Shown piece after piece: positions 1-9,994 of a stretch of 40,171 nucleotides of DNA (positions within the stretch are counted from its first letter, which is position 1; every line of letters begins with the position of its first letter). Source of the stretch: Acidimicrobiia bacterium (lineage in GTDB: Bacteria; Actinomycetota; Acidimicrobiia; Spongiisociales; JAENVV01); the NCBI GenBank assembly GCA_041577335.1, contig JBFGJH010000024.1:1-40171 (forward strand), given 5' to 3'. The notes under the pieces were generated by a model. The model ran no database searches, was not told where the DNA came from, and worked only from the letters and a program-made list of their open reading frames with translations. Made by a program: the position numbers and the translations under genes.

Positions 1-3000
1 ACGCCGAGTACGTCCACGACTCACCCGACTCCAAGAGCCCGTCACCATCGTCACCGGACACGTATGCAGCTGCTCCAGCAATGTCATCGGTAACCGACAC
101 AATCGACACCGGCGAACCGTCGCCGGTCACTGTGTCGTTCGTCACCACAAACGTGTACGTGACCGAGTCACCAACCGCCGCCGTCGCAGGACCCGACTTC
201 GCCACCGCAATCGCCGGCTGAAAGTCGATGTCCAGGCTGTGGGTATCAGTGGCGTCCGCCACCGGATCACCATCGGAGTCCGAACCGGTGACAGTGACCA
301 CGTTGTTCAGAGGGTCGGGATCAGAAGCCACCACCGTGTACGACGCCGAATACGTCCAGGACTCCCCCGACTCCAGCAAACCGTCACCATCGTCACCGGA
401 CACGTATGCAGCTGCTCCAGCAACGTCATCGGTCACCGACACGGTCGAGACCGGTGAACCGTCGCCGGCCACCGTGTCATTGGTCACCACGAACGTATAG
501 GAGACCGAGTCGCCCACCGCTGCAGTGGCCGGACCCGACTTGGTCACCGCAATCGCCGGCTGAAAGTCGATGTCCAGGCTGTGCGAGTCAGTCGCGTCCG
601 CCACCGGATCGCCATCGGCATCGGTGCCGGACACGGTCACCGTGTTGGCCAGCGGATCAGGATCCGACACCAGCACCGTGTACGACGCCGAGTACGTCCA
701 CGACTCACCCGACTCCAACAGCCCGTCACCATCGTCACCGGACACGTATGCAGCCGCCCCGGCCACATCATCAGAAACCGACCCGATAGATACTGCGCTG
801 CCGTCCGAACCGGCTGCATGTGCCACCACAAACGAATACGACACGCTGTCGCCGACCGCAGCGGTCGCAGGCCCCGACTTCACCACGCCGATCACGGGTG
901 CGAACTCGATGTCGGTTGTGTGAGCATCGGTGGTGGACACCGTGTCACCGTCCCGGTCGGCGGCCTGGGCTGTGCCCGTGTTGGTCAGCAGATCCGGGTC
1001 GGAAGCCTGAACGGTGTACGACGACCCGAACAGCCACGTCTCGCCGAGCTCCACCTGGCCGTTTCCATTGGTGTCGCCCGACACGTACACGGCAGGGCCG
1101 CTCACATCATCATTGACTGTGAGCAGCACGAGCGGACTGCCGTCAGACGACGGGGCGTGGGAGACCGCGAAGGTAAACGAAACCGTCTGGCCGACGACAG
1201 CGGTCGCCGGGCCGGACTTCACGACCTGGAGAACGGGCAAGAAGTCGATGTTCGTTGTGTGATCGTCTTGGGTGACGACAGGTCCGCCGCCGGGGTCGGT
1301 GCCCGACACCGTCACGGTATTCGTCAACAGATTCGGATCGGAGACAAGCACGGTGTACGAAGCCGTGAACGTCCACGATTCGCCGAGCTCCAACAGACCA
1401 TCACCATCGTCGCCCGAGACGAATGTCGCCGCACCGGCCACATCATCGGACGCCGTCACGGCAGACACCGGCGAACCGTCCGAGGTCGGAGCATGCGATG
1501 CGACAAACGTGTACGTGATCGACTCGCCCACGACCGCGGAAGCAGGGCCAGTCTTCACTACCTGGAGCACCGGGAGATAGTCGATCGTCAAGCTGTGCGA
1601 ATCTGATGCCGACACCGCATCGCCATCCAGATCCGTTCCCGAGACGAGGACGTTGTTGACCAACGGACTGGGATCGCTCACCACCACCGTCCGAGATGCC
1701 TGATAGATCCAGGTTTCCCCACCTTCCAACGCGCCATCTCCGTCGTCGCCGGACACGTAGGCGGCCGGCCCGGCCACATCGTCGACAACGGAGCCAATCG
1801 TGACCGGCGAGCCATCTGAGGCCGGACCGTGGGTGACATCGAAGGTATAGGTCACCGCCTGACCTACTGCAGCGACGGCCAGCCCCGTCTTGGAAACCTC
1901 GATCACGGGCGAGAACCCGATGTCGAGGCTGTGCGTATCGGTCGCCGTCACGGGCGAACCATCGCCGTCGGTGCCGGTGACAATGACCGTGTTGCTGAGT
2001 GGATCGGGGTCCGACGCAAGCACGATGTACGTCGCCGAGTAGGTCCATGACTCACCGGCCTCCAAGAATCCGTCACCATCGTCGCCGGAGACATATGCGG
2101 CCGGCCCGGCAACGTCGTCGGTAACCGACACGATCGAAACGGGAGAGCCGTCGCCGGCCACCATGTCGTTGGTCACGACAAAGGTGTAGGTGACGGAATC
2201 GCCCACCGCAGCAGTGGCCGGACCCGACTTGGCGACCGCAATGGCCGGCGCAAAATCGACATTCAGGCTGTGCGAGTCGGTGGCGTCCGCGACCGGGTCA
2301 CCATCGATATCGGTGCCCGAAACCGTCACTGTGTTGTTCAGAGGGTCAGGATCGGAAGCGAGCACCGTGTACGACGCCGAGTAGGTCCATGACTCACCGG
2401 CCTCCAAGAATCCGTCACCATCGTCGCCAGAAACGTAGGTAGCAGCTCCAGCCACATTATCGGAAACCAAACCAATCGTGACCGGACTGCCGTCGCCGGC
2501 CACCATGTCGTTGGTCACGACGAATGTGTAGGTGACGGGATCACCCACCGCAGCAGTGGCCGGACCCGACTTCGTCACCGCAATGGCCGGCTGGAAATCA
2601 ACATCCAGGCTATGCAAGTCCGTGGCGTCCGCGACCGGGTCACCATCGATATCCGTGCCCGAAACGGTCACTGTGTTGTTGAGAGGGTCAGGATCGGCAA
2701 TCAGGACGGTGTACGACGCCGCGAACGTCCAGGATTCCCCCGGCTCTACCAAGCCGTTCAGGTTGGTGTCGTCGTCGTTGAAACCGTCGGCCGGCGAGAC
2801 GTCGACGCTGGACGCCACGCCGGCAACATCGTCGGTCACTGACGCGACCGAAACCGGCGAACCGTCACCGGCCACAGTGTCGTTCGTCACGACAAAGGTG
2901 TAAGTGACTGAGTCGCCGACGGCGGCGGTCGCCGGACCCGACTTCGCCACCGCGATGGCCGGCTGGTAGTCGACATCGAGGCTATGAGAGTCCGTGGCGT

Positions 3001-5690
3001 CCGCTACCGAATCACCGTCGGAGTCGGTGCCGGTCACCGTCACCGTGTTGGCCAGCGGATCAGGATCGGAGGCAAGCACTGTGTACGACGCCGAATAGGT
3101 CCATGACTCACCGGCCTCCAAGAATCCGTCACCGTCGTCGCCAGAAACGTAGATAGCAGCTCCAGCCACATCATCGGAAACCGAACCAATCGTGACCGGT
3201 GAACCGTCGCCGGCCACCGTATCGTTGGTCACGACGAATGTGTAGATGACCGAGTCGCCCACCGCCGCCGCCGCCGGACCCGACTTCGTCACCGCAATGG
3301 CCGGCTGAAAATCAACATTGACGCTGTGGCTGTCGGTGGCGTCCGCAACTGCCTCACCATCGCGGTCGGTGCCCGAGACGGTGACCGTGTTCACAAGAGG
3401 ATCAGGATCTGTGACCTGGATCGTATGGAAGGCGACGAAGACCCACGACTCGGCCGCGTCTACACGGCCATTCGAGTTGGAGTCACCCGACACATATGAA
3501 CCAACTCCGGCCACATCGTCGGAGACCGATCCGACAGCGACCGAGCTGCCGTCGCCGGCCAGCGTATCGTTCGTCACCACGAACGTGTAGGTGACGGTGC
3601 CGCCAACCACCGCAGAGGCAGGTCCTGTCTTGGACACCGCCAGCACCGGTTGGAAATCGACATTGAGCCCGTGGCTGTCGGTGGCGTCGGCAACCGGATC
3701 GCCGTCCTGGTCGGTACCCGACACGGTCACCGTGTTCGTCAAAGGATCAGGATCGGATGCCTGAATGGTGTAGGAGGCCGTGTAGGTCCACGACTCGCTT
3801 GCCTCCAACAGGCCATCGCCGTCATCACCCGCAACGTAGGTGGCCGGCCCGGCCACATCGTCGGAGACTGATGCAACGGTGACGGGGCTGCCATCTGATC
3901 CGGCTCCATGCGACACGACAAACGTGTAGGTGACGTTGTCGCCAACAACCGCAGAGACCGGGCCGGTCTTCACGACTTCGATGGTGGGCGTGAACTCGAT
4001 GTCGGTCGAATGTGAGTCGGTTGTGGACACGGTATCACCGTCCCGATCTACGGCCTCAGCGGTAGCTGTGTTGGTCAGGGGATCGGGGTCTGACGCCTGA
4101 ACGGTGTAGGTGGCACCGAAGAGCCACGTCTCGCCTTGCTCGACCTGGCCGTTTCCGTTGGTGTCGCCTGACACGTACACGGCCGGTCCGGATACATCGT
4201 CGTTGACCGTCAGCAACACCAATGGGCTGCCGTCCGAGGATGGCGCATGTGACACCGCATACGTGAATGCGATCGTCTGACCCACGACCGCCGAGGCGGG
4301 GCCGGACTTGATCACCTGAAGCACGGGCAGGAAATCGATGTTGGTGGTGTGATCGTCTTGCGTCACCACTGGATCACCCTCAGGATCGGTCCCAGAGACG
4401 GTGACAGTGTTCGTCAAGAGATCGGGATCCGAGACGACGACCACATAGGAGGCGGTGAAGATCCACGACTCGCCGAGCTCGACATCGCCGTTGCCATTGG
4501 TGTCGCCCGATACATAGGTGGCGACCCCGGCGACATCATCAGACACAGACAGGGCCGAAACCGGGGAGCCGTCCGACGTCGGCGCGTGCGACACAACAAA
4601 GGTGTAGGTGATTGAGTCTCCCACGGCCGCAGAAGCCGGGCCCGACTTGGCTACTTGGAGCACCGGGTCGTAGTCGACGTCCAAGCTGTGCGAATCCGAC
4701 GCCGTCAGCGTGTCGCCGTCTGCGTCGGTTGCGGACACCAGCACGGTATTCACGAGTGGGTCCGGGTCCGTCATCAAGACGGCGCGAGTGGCTTGATACA
4801 CCCAGGTCTCGCCTAGCTCGAGCACGCTGTCACCATCGTCACCGGAGACGTAAGACGCGACACCCGCCACATCATCGATCACCGAATCTACCGTGACGGG
4901 CGAACCATCCGACAACAGGCCGTGCGATACCGAGAAGGTGTAGGTCACCGACTGCCCGACGGCTGCTACCGCCAACCCCGACTTGTTGACGACGATCGAC
5001 GGCACGTGGTCGATATCCAAGCTGTGGGAATCGGTGGCCGACACCGGATCCCCATCGCCGTCAGTTCCCGAAACCACCACCGTGTTGGCCAACGGATCAG
5101 GATCCGATGCCAACACCACATACGATGCCGAATACGTCCACGACTCTCCCGCCTCCAACAACCCATCCCCGTCGTCGCCCGACACGTAGGCAGCCGGACC
5201 CGCCACGTCATCGGTCACCGACACAATCGACACCGGGCTGCCGTCACCCGCCACTGCGTCGTTGGTAACCACAAACGTATAGGTGATCGATGCGCCAACC
5301 GCGGCAGTCGCCGGGCCCGACTTGGAGACCGCCAGCACCGGATCAAATCCCAGGTCGAGGCTGTGCGAGTCCGTCGCGTCGGGTATCGGCTGCCCATCAG
5401 CGTCCGTGCCCGTCACGGTCACCGTGTTCACCAGCGGATTCGGGTCTGACGCCAACACGACATACGCGACCGAGTAGGTCCACGACTCCCCGGCCTCGAG
5501 CAAACCGTCGCCGTCGTCACCAGAGACGTATGTCGCCGGCCCGGCCACGTCGTCCGACACTGCGACGCCGGCCACGGCGCTGCCATCCGACCCCGGATCG
5601 TGCGAAACCACGAACGTGTAGGTGACCGAGTCTCCGACCGACGCCACGCTCGGGCCTGTCTTGGCCACCGTCAACAGTGGAGAGAAATCG
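1..5690 (-). repeat. Tandem coding repeat array, ~17 units of ~340 bp
   Basis: K(S/T)G motif recurs near 5660, 5320, 4980, 4645, 4305, 3965, 3625, 3280, 2940, 2565, 2225, 1890, 1550, 1215, 875, 535, 195. Confidence 0.9.
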
Positions 5691-8227
5691 ATTGGGAGCT
5701 GATGCTGCGCCGTGAGCGTTTGCGGTTGCTGAACCGAGGTGACCGTGGCCGCGTTGATGACAGACGTCGTAGAACCGTCGAGGGGCGACCCGACCGTGAC
5801 CTGGTAGATGACGGTCATCGACGCGCCGGGGACGAGCACAAACCCGTCGCCGGCGACCACCAGGCTCCCCGTTACGGGATTGCCCTCCACCAGGTCCGGG
5901 TTGGCTCCCCCGGGGACGTTGTCGAGAATGGCGGGTGAAATGGTCGAGCTTTGCTCGGTCCACGCGATCTGCACGTTGTCTACTGTTGCCACCTCGCTGC
6001 TGCTCCATCCACCCGACCCGCTGCGGAATCGAATGGCAGTACCGGCCGAGATCTGGGCAGCGGTGAGGTTGTGAGAGATCGATCCAGTTCCGCCGGTGAC
6101 CGATGCGACCGTCACCCAGGTGGACCCGTTCCAGAGCTCGGCTTCGAGGGTTTCGTTACCGATCGAAGTCGCCACGTAGTCGAACGTCAAGACCGCGGAT
6201 TGGATGTCCGGGTTGGAAAGATCGACGCCGCGGGTAATCCTTCGCGAATCGAGGTTGGCGAACCGCAATCGGTTCGATGAGATGGTGATCCGGCCGGCGC
6301 TCGGGTTGGTCGACTCGTTGATTTCCACCCAGCTGCCCGACCATGGGACCGAGCCGTTGTTGTTGGAATACGAGACCGAAGAGAACTCGTCCCGCACCGT
6401 TCGGTTGATGGTCGTGATGGACCCAACCGTGCCGGTCGCCACGGTCGACTGGTTGACGTAGGTCACGTCGGCGGGCAGCAGGTCGTCCACCGCGATTCCG
6501 GTCTGGGTGGACGTTCCCGTGTTGGTGAGGTCGAGCGTGTAGGTGACTGTCTGACCGGGCACCACGGGGCCCGGATCGGCGTCGGAGGTCTTGGTGATCG
6601 TCAGCTCCGGTTGAACGGGGTTGACCGTGACAGCGTCGTAATCGTCCTCGGCCGGATTTCCGTTGCCAGGAGTTGAATCGCCGTCGGGCTGATCGGCAGC
6701 GACGACTTCGGCTGTGTTGGTGTAGGGACCGAGGCCGGTCACCGTTGCCTGGATCTGCAGAGTCGCCGTACCACCTGCCACCAGCGACGGAACCGTCCAC
6801 GCCCCCGACCCGGGATTGTAGGCACCGGCCGATGGCGTGGCCGAGACGAACGCCAGCCCAGCCGGCAAAGCGTCCTGCACCACGATGCCGGTGGCGTCGA
6901 GACTGCCGGCGTTGTTCAATGAGACGGTGAATGTCACCGTCTGGCTCACGAGTGGAGACGTCGTGTCCACGGTCTTCGACACCGAGAGGTCGGCACCGGC
7001 ATTGTGGCCAAAGTCGTTGTTGGCGTCCGTCTGCCCGAAGTTCGATGCAAAGTTGGCGGCTTCGACATTGTCGGTGGTGAGGCTTTCCCCTACCGGAAGG
7101 GTGCCCGTGTCGACATCCACGACGAACAATCCGGTGGCTGCGAACGGAAAGGAGTACTCCCCGTTCACGTCAGAGGTCGCGGTGGTCAGTTCGACGTCGC
7201 CAGGATCCACGAGGCCGTCGCCGTTGACATCCCGGTAGAGCCGCACGGTCACCCCTGACGTGCCGCCTTCCGCCGGATCGAACACGCCATCGGAGTCGGC
7301 GTCGAAGAACACGGTCCCCGTGATGGTGTTCACGTCGACAAGGTTGCATTCCACAGATTCGTAGTCGCCGTACGTGAGCCTGCGCGCATTGGAGGCGGAG
7401 CCGTCGGCACGACTGAGATCCCAGAGATCGCCGTTGCCGGTGCCGTTGCCGTCGGTCGCCAATATGTTCCCAAAGCCGTCGAATGTGAGCCCTTCGAGGT
7501 CCGATGCCGGAGTGGTGGAGCCCACGTCCGTGACCGCGCCGGTTATCCGATCGATGATGACAAGGTGGTCCTGACCGCCCCCATTGGCCATGCCGTAGAG
7601 GGCTCCCGTCACGGGGTCCACGGCCAGATCGTCGATATCGGACAGCCCCACTGCAGGCGTGGTGGCGATGATCGGACCCGCAGTGCCGACACCGGTGGCG
7701 GGGTCGATGGTGATCAACCGGTCGTCGCCCCCGATCCGGTGAGCTCCGTACACGACTCCGGTGAACGGATCGACCGTCAATGAATCAACGTCACTGAACC
7801 CCGTCGCCCCGATCGCTGAGAATTCGCCCGTGGCGACGCTGATCGTCCCGAATGTCCCGGCATTGGTCGCGTATACGGTCCCGGAGACGGCGTCGTAGGT
7901 GATTGCCTCGATGGCCGACGTACCCGTTCCGTCGGAGGACGAGGCGCCACCGTCGACCATGGTCTCCGTGTCGGTCGTACGGTTGTAGATCGTGAAGAGG
8001 TCGTTCGAAGTATGCGGAGAGCCCGAGTCGGCCACCAGGTAGCAGAGATTCGAGGCAGCCGCAGCAGCCGGTCGAACCTGAGCCGCAACGAGGCCGACGA
8101 CCACCATGGTGAACGCCAAGAACCACGCCAGCCAGCGGCGCGCCTCAGTGGGCCGACATAGGGACGCTCGCCTCGGATGCCCGTCATCCGCCGGAGCGAT
8201 GATTGAACTTGGCAGGTTGTGTTTCAT
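1..8227 (-). CDS. Giant secreted/surface repeat protein (propeller-like region, SdrD B-like, DUF11 and ~17 DUF7507/DUF11-like Ig repeats), 3'-truncated by window edge, >=2742 aa
   Basis: Manual translation: ATG 8227 MKHNLPSS...RRWLAWFLAFTMVVVGLVAAQVRPAAAA (signal peptide-like). The same frame reads ...DGLLESGESWTYSA at position 2. Repeats of ~113 aa: K(S/T)GPxxAxVGxxVTYTFxV...DDVAGxAxYVSGDDGDGLLExGESWTY...DPDPLxNTVxVxGTDxDG. Missing from the ORF track because no stop lies in the window. Exact start uncertain. Confidence 0.9.
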   Translation of the reverse strand, partial: MKHNLPSSIIAPADDGHPRRASLCRPTEARRWLAWFLAFTMVVVGLVAAQVRPAAAAASNLCYLVADSGSPHTSNDLFTIYNRTTDTETMVDGGASSSDGTGTSAIEAITYDAVSGTVYATNAGTFGTISVATGEFSAIGATGFSDVDSLTVDPFTGVVYGAHRIGGDDRLITIDPATGVGTAGPIIATTPAVGLSDIDDLAVDPVTGALYGMANGGGQDHLVIIDRITGAVTDVGSTTPASDLEGLTFDGFGNILATDGNGTGNGDLWDLSRADGSASNARRLTYGDYESVECNLVDVNTITGTVFFDADSDGVFDPAEGGTSGVTVRLYRDVNGDGLVDPGDVELTTATSDVNGEYSFPFAATGLFVVDVDTGTLPVGESLTTDNVEAANFASNFGQTDANNDFGHNAGADLSVSKTVDTTSPLVSQTVTFTVSLNNAGSLDATGIVVQDALPAGLAFVSATPSAGAYNPGSGAWTVPSLVAGGTATLQIQATVTGLGPYTNTAEVVAADQPDGDSTPGNGNPAEDDYDAVTVNPVQPELTITKTSDADPGPVVPGQTVTYTLDLTNTGTSTQTGIAVDDLLPADVTYVNQSTVATGTVGSITTINRTVRDEFSSVSYSNNNGSVPWSGSWVEINESTNPSAGRITISSNRLRFANLDSRRITRGVDLSNPDIQSAVLTFDYVATSIGNETLEAELWNGSTWVTVASVTGGTGSISHNLTAAQISAGTAIRFRSGSGGWSSSEVATVDNVQIAWTEQSSTISPAILDNVPGGANPDLVEGNPVTGSLVVAGDGFVLVPGASMTVIYQVTVGSPLDGSTTSVINAATVTSVQQPQTLTAQHQLPIDFSPLLTVAKTGPSVASVGDSVTYTFVVSHDPGSDGSAVAGVAVSDDVAGPATYVSGDDGDGLLEAGESWTYSVAYVVLASDPNPLVNTVTVTGTDADGQPIPDATDSHSLDLGFDPVLAVSKSGPATAAVGASITYTFVVTNDAVAGDGSPVSIVSVTDDVAGPAAYVSGDDGDGLLEAGESWTYSASYVVLASDPDPLANTVVVSGTDGDGDPVSATDSHSLDIDHVPSIVVNKSGLAVAAVGQSVTYTFSVSHGLLSDGSPVTVDSVIDDVAGVASYVSGDDGDSVLELGETWVYQATRAVLMTDPDPLVNTVLVSATDADGDTLTASDSHSLDVDYDPVLQVAKSGPASAAVGDSITYTFVVSHAPTSDGSPVSALSVSDDVAGVATYVSGDTNGNGDVELGESWIFTASYVVVVSDPDLLTNTVTVSGTDPEGDPVVTQDDHTTNIDFLPVLQVIKSGPASAVVGQTIAFTYAVSHAPSSDGSPLVLLTVNDDVSGPAVYVSGDTNGNGQVEQGETWLFGATYTVQASDPDPLTNTATAEAVDRDGDTVSTTDSHSTDIEFTPTIEVVKTGPVSAVVGDNVTYTFVVSHGAGSDGSPVTVASVSDDVAGPATYVAGDDGDGLLEASESWTYTASYTIQASDPDPLTNTVTVSGTDQDGDPVADATDSHGLNVDFQPVLAVSKTGPASAVVGGTVTYTFVVTNDTLAGDGSSVAVGSVSDDVAGVGSYVSGDSNSNGRVDAAESWVFVAFHTIQVTDPDPLVNTVTVSGTDRDGEAVADATDSHSVNVDFQPAIAVTKSGPAAAAVGDSVIYTFVVTNDTVAGDGSPVTIGSVSDDVAGAAIYVSGDDGDGFLEAGESWTYSASYTVLASDPDPLANTVTVTGTDSDGDSVADATDSHSLDVDYQPAIAVAKSGPATAAVGDSVTYTFVVTNDTVAGDGSPVSVASVTDDVAGVASSVDVSPADGFNDDDTNLNGLVEPGESWTFAASYTVLIADPDPLNNTVTVSGTDIDGDPVADATDLHSLDVDFQPAIAVTKSGPATAAVGDPVTYTFVVTNDMVAGDGSPVTIGLVSDNVAGAATYVSGDDGDGFLEAGESWTYSASYTVLASDPDPLNNTVTVSGTDIDGDPVADATDSHSLNVDFAPAIAVAKSGPATAAVGDSVTYTFVVTNDMVAGDGSPVSIVSVTDDVAGPAAYVSGDDGDGFLEAGESWTYSATYIVLASDPDPLSNTVIVTGTDGDGSPVTATDTHSLDIGFSPVIEVSKTGLAVAAVGQAVTYTFDVTHGPASDGSPVTIGSVVDDVAGPAAYVSGDDGDGALEGGETWIYQASRTVVVSDPSPLVNNVLVSGTDLDGDAVSASDSHSLTIDYLPVLQVVKTGPASAVVGESITYTFVASHAPTSDGSPVSAVTASDDVAGAATFVSGDDGDGLLELGESWTFTASYTVLVSDPNLLTNTVTVSGTDPGGGPVVTQDDHTTNIDFLPVLQVVKSGPATAVVGQTVSFTFAVSHAPSSDGSPLVLLTVNDDVSGPAVYVSGDTNGNGQVELGETWLFGSSYTVQASDPDLLTNTGTAQAADRDGDTVSTTDAHTTDIEFAPVIGVVKSGPATAAVGDSVSYSFVVAHAAGSDGSAVSIGSVSDDVAGAAAYVSGDDGDGLLESGESWTYSASYTVLVSDPDPLANTVTVSGTDADGDPVADATDSHSLDIDFQPAIAVTKSGPATAAVGDSVSYTFVVTNDTVAGDGSPVSTVSVTDDVAGAAAYVSGDDGDGLLESGESWTYSASYTVVASDPDPLNNVVTVTGSDSDGDPVADATDTHSLDIDFQPAIAVAKSGPATAAVGDSVTYTFVVTNDTVTGDGSPVSIVSVTDDIAGAAAYVSGDDGDGLLESGESWTYSA

Positions 8228-8455
8228 TGGTAGGGGGTCGCAGCTGTCGCCAGAATCCGTGATGGCCGTCTGAGAAGTCATGATCTCGGTCTCGGACTAC
8301 CCATCCCGGCAAGGGCCGCAGACATCGTGGGTACGTTGGAAGTCTCCAAGAAACATCGGCATAAACCAATGACTGCTGAACGATTATCGAAGTGGAGCGG
8401 AGCGGAATGGGTCGAACGGCTTGCCCGCTTCCCAGGTGAGCGAGACAACCTCGAT

Positions 8456-8644
8456 TCACAGCTGGGTGGGCCAAGGATCTGAGATGCGCATCCAAGCGTC
8501 GCGTGGGCGAACGTGCCGGCCATGTCGGTCGAACACTTCCTCGCGAAAAGCCGGGCCACGGGGGGCCCAACCCGGAACGAAGTGTCGGGGGTCATGTGTA
8601 CCTGGCAGTGCGCTAGTCGGATGGAGCCGTCTGCCGTCGAGCAT
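8456..8644 (-). CDS. Possible small hypothetical protein (62 aa, MLDGRRLHPT...)
   Basis: AAGAAGGAG Shine-Dalgarno-like sequence just upstream of ATG 8644; no recognisable domain. Confidence 0.3.
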   Translation of the reverse strand: MLDGRRLHPTSALPGTHDPRHFVPGWAPRGPAFREEVFDRHGRHVRPRDAWMRISDPWPTQL

Positions 8645-8977
8645 CGACTCTGTCTCCTTCTTGTTTCGGCAGGTACGGTCCAGCGGCCGAGACACAATCA
8701 ACTCGCGCCTCCGATGACTAGTCATAGGTTGGGGCAGCTCGACACAGAGCACATTGCCGGGCGTGGGGCAGGACCCGCTTCCAGGTGCCAAATGGACAGG
8801 GATATGTATATATATGTGAAATCCGCCTACTAGAAAGGAGTATCGGTTGTGTATATGCTCAAGCGGCAGAACCCACATCCGAGTGGGGTACTCGTCGGGA
8901 GCGGGATCGATTCTCCCGACAAACCCGCACGAGGCACGGCTCACCAGGTTCGCCCGGGACCGATCCGGCCGCTCCCG

Positions 8978-9610
8978 TCAGATCGATCGTCCGCCGAGAT
9001 GGAGCCGTTCGTAGAGCCGTTCGATGCTTTCCTCGGGTTGGGTGACGTCGAACCAAAACGACTTCATACCTACTGCCTCGGCGCCGGCACCGTTGCAATG
9101 CATGTCGTCTATGAACAGACACTCAGGAGGGGCTACGCCGAGGGCGTCAGCGGCTGCGAGATACGGTTCGGGAGCCGGTTTGCGCGCCCCGATCATCTTG
9201 ACGTCGATCACGGCGTCGAACCACTTGGCCGGCTCCCAGGTCTCCCACCAGTTCTCCCCTAGCCATTTGCTGGCGTCGTTGGTGAGCAACCCTTGACGGT
9301 AACCCTCGGCGGCGAGCCGTTCGATGGCTGCCCAGGTGGAGGGTCTCGATGAGTCGGTCCAATCGAGGTCCCCGGGTGGGTCGAACTCGATTCCATGGGA
9401 AGCGAGCGTCGCCACGACCGTGTCGAGGTATGCCGGCTCGGTGATCTCGCCCCGATCCATGGCCCAGTAGGCGGGATCGGGAACGGGGTGGGTGGGCCCG
9501 AGCGGCATCTGCTCGACCGGCCATCCTCTGCATCGGCCTACGTCGACGATCATCTCGGTGAAATAGCGGAACATGATGCCGCCCATGTCCCACACAACCA
9601 CCGGCGTCAT
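8978..9610 (-). CDS. HAD-superfamily hydrolase/phosphatase
   Basis: Motifs VVWDMGG, LLTND, RKP, FIDD; ATGA overlap with the upstream ferredoxin places the start at 9610. Confidence 0.85.
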   Translation of the reverse strand: MTPVVVWDMGGIMFRYFTEMIVDVGRCRGWPVEQMPLGPTHPVPDPAYWAMDRGEITEPAYLDTVVATLASHGIEFDPPGDLDWTDSSRPSTWAAIERLAAEGYRQGLLTNDASKWLGENWWETWEPAKWFDAVIDVKMIGARKPAPEPYLAAADALGVAPPECLFIDDMHCNGAGAEAVGMKSFWFDVTQPEESIERLYERLHLGGRSI

Positions 9611-9975
9611 GTGTGCTCCCGATTCCACTCCTCGGCATGCGCGAGCAGTTTCTCTCGCATCGACATCGGCGGCAGCGGATCCGGCACGTCGACAAAGATC
9701 TCGCCGTCGACGATTTCCACCCGGTAGGCCACCAAGGTTTCATCGGAGCCGACGTGTACGCCTCCCGGGAGCCGATACCGCCAGAAGTGCAACGGACAGG
9801 TGAGCACCCCATTCTTGAGGAACCCACCGGCCAGCGGCGATTCCTGGTGCAGGCAGCGGTTCTCGAACGCGACCACCTCGTCACCGACCCGTGCGACAAC
9901 GGCCGCGCCCGCCCCGGCGGAGATGCAGCGGTCGCGCGGCAGCTCCTCGACGGGGCCCGCCGAGACCCTCACCAT
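9607..9975 (-). CDS. Rieske [2Fe-2S] ferredoxin with C-terminal extension
   Basis: CLH...CPLH Rieske ligands, 122 aa. Confidence 0.9.
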   Translation of the reverse strand: MVRVSAGPVEELPRDRCISAGAGAAVVARVGDEVVAFENRCLHQESPLAGGFLKNGVLTCPLHFWRYRLPGGVHVGSDETLVAYRVEIVDGEIFVDVPDPLPPMSMREKLLAHAEEWNREHT

Positions 9976-9994
9976 CGGGAGGCGCCACGGGCCG

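Noticed and set aside
1..5690. Repeat array as CRISPR or non-coding satellite
   Set aside because: Units are ~340 bp, in-frame, with codon-type divergence; no repeat-spacer structure or cas genes
228..8187. Dozens of short repetitive ORFs in the track
   Set aside because: Antisense or off-frame shadows of the giant minus-strand gene
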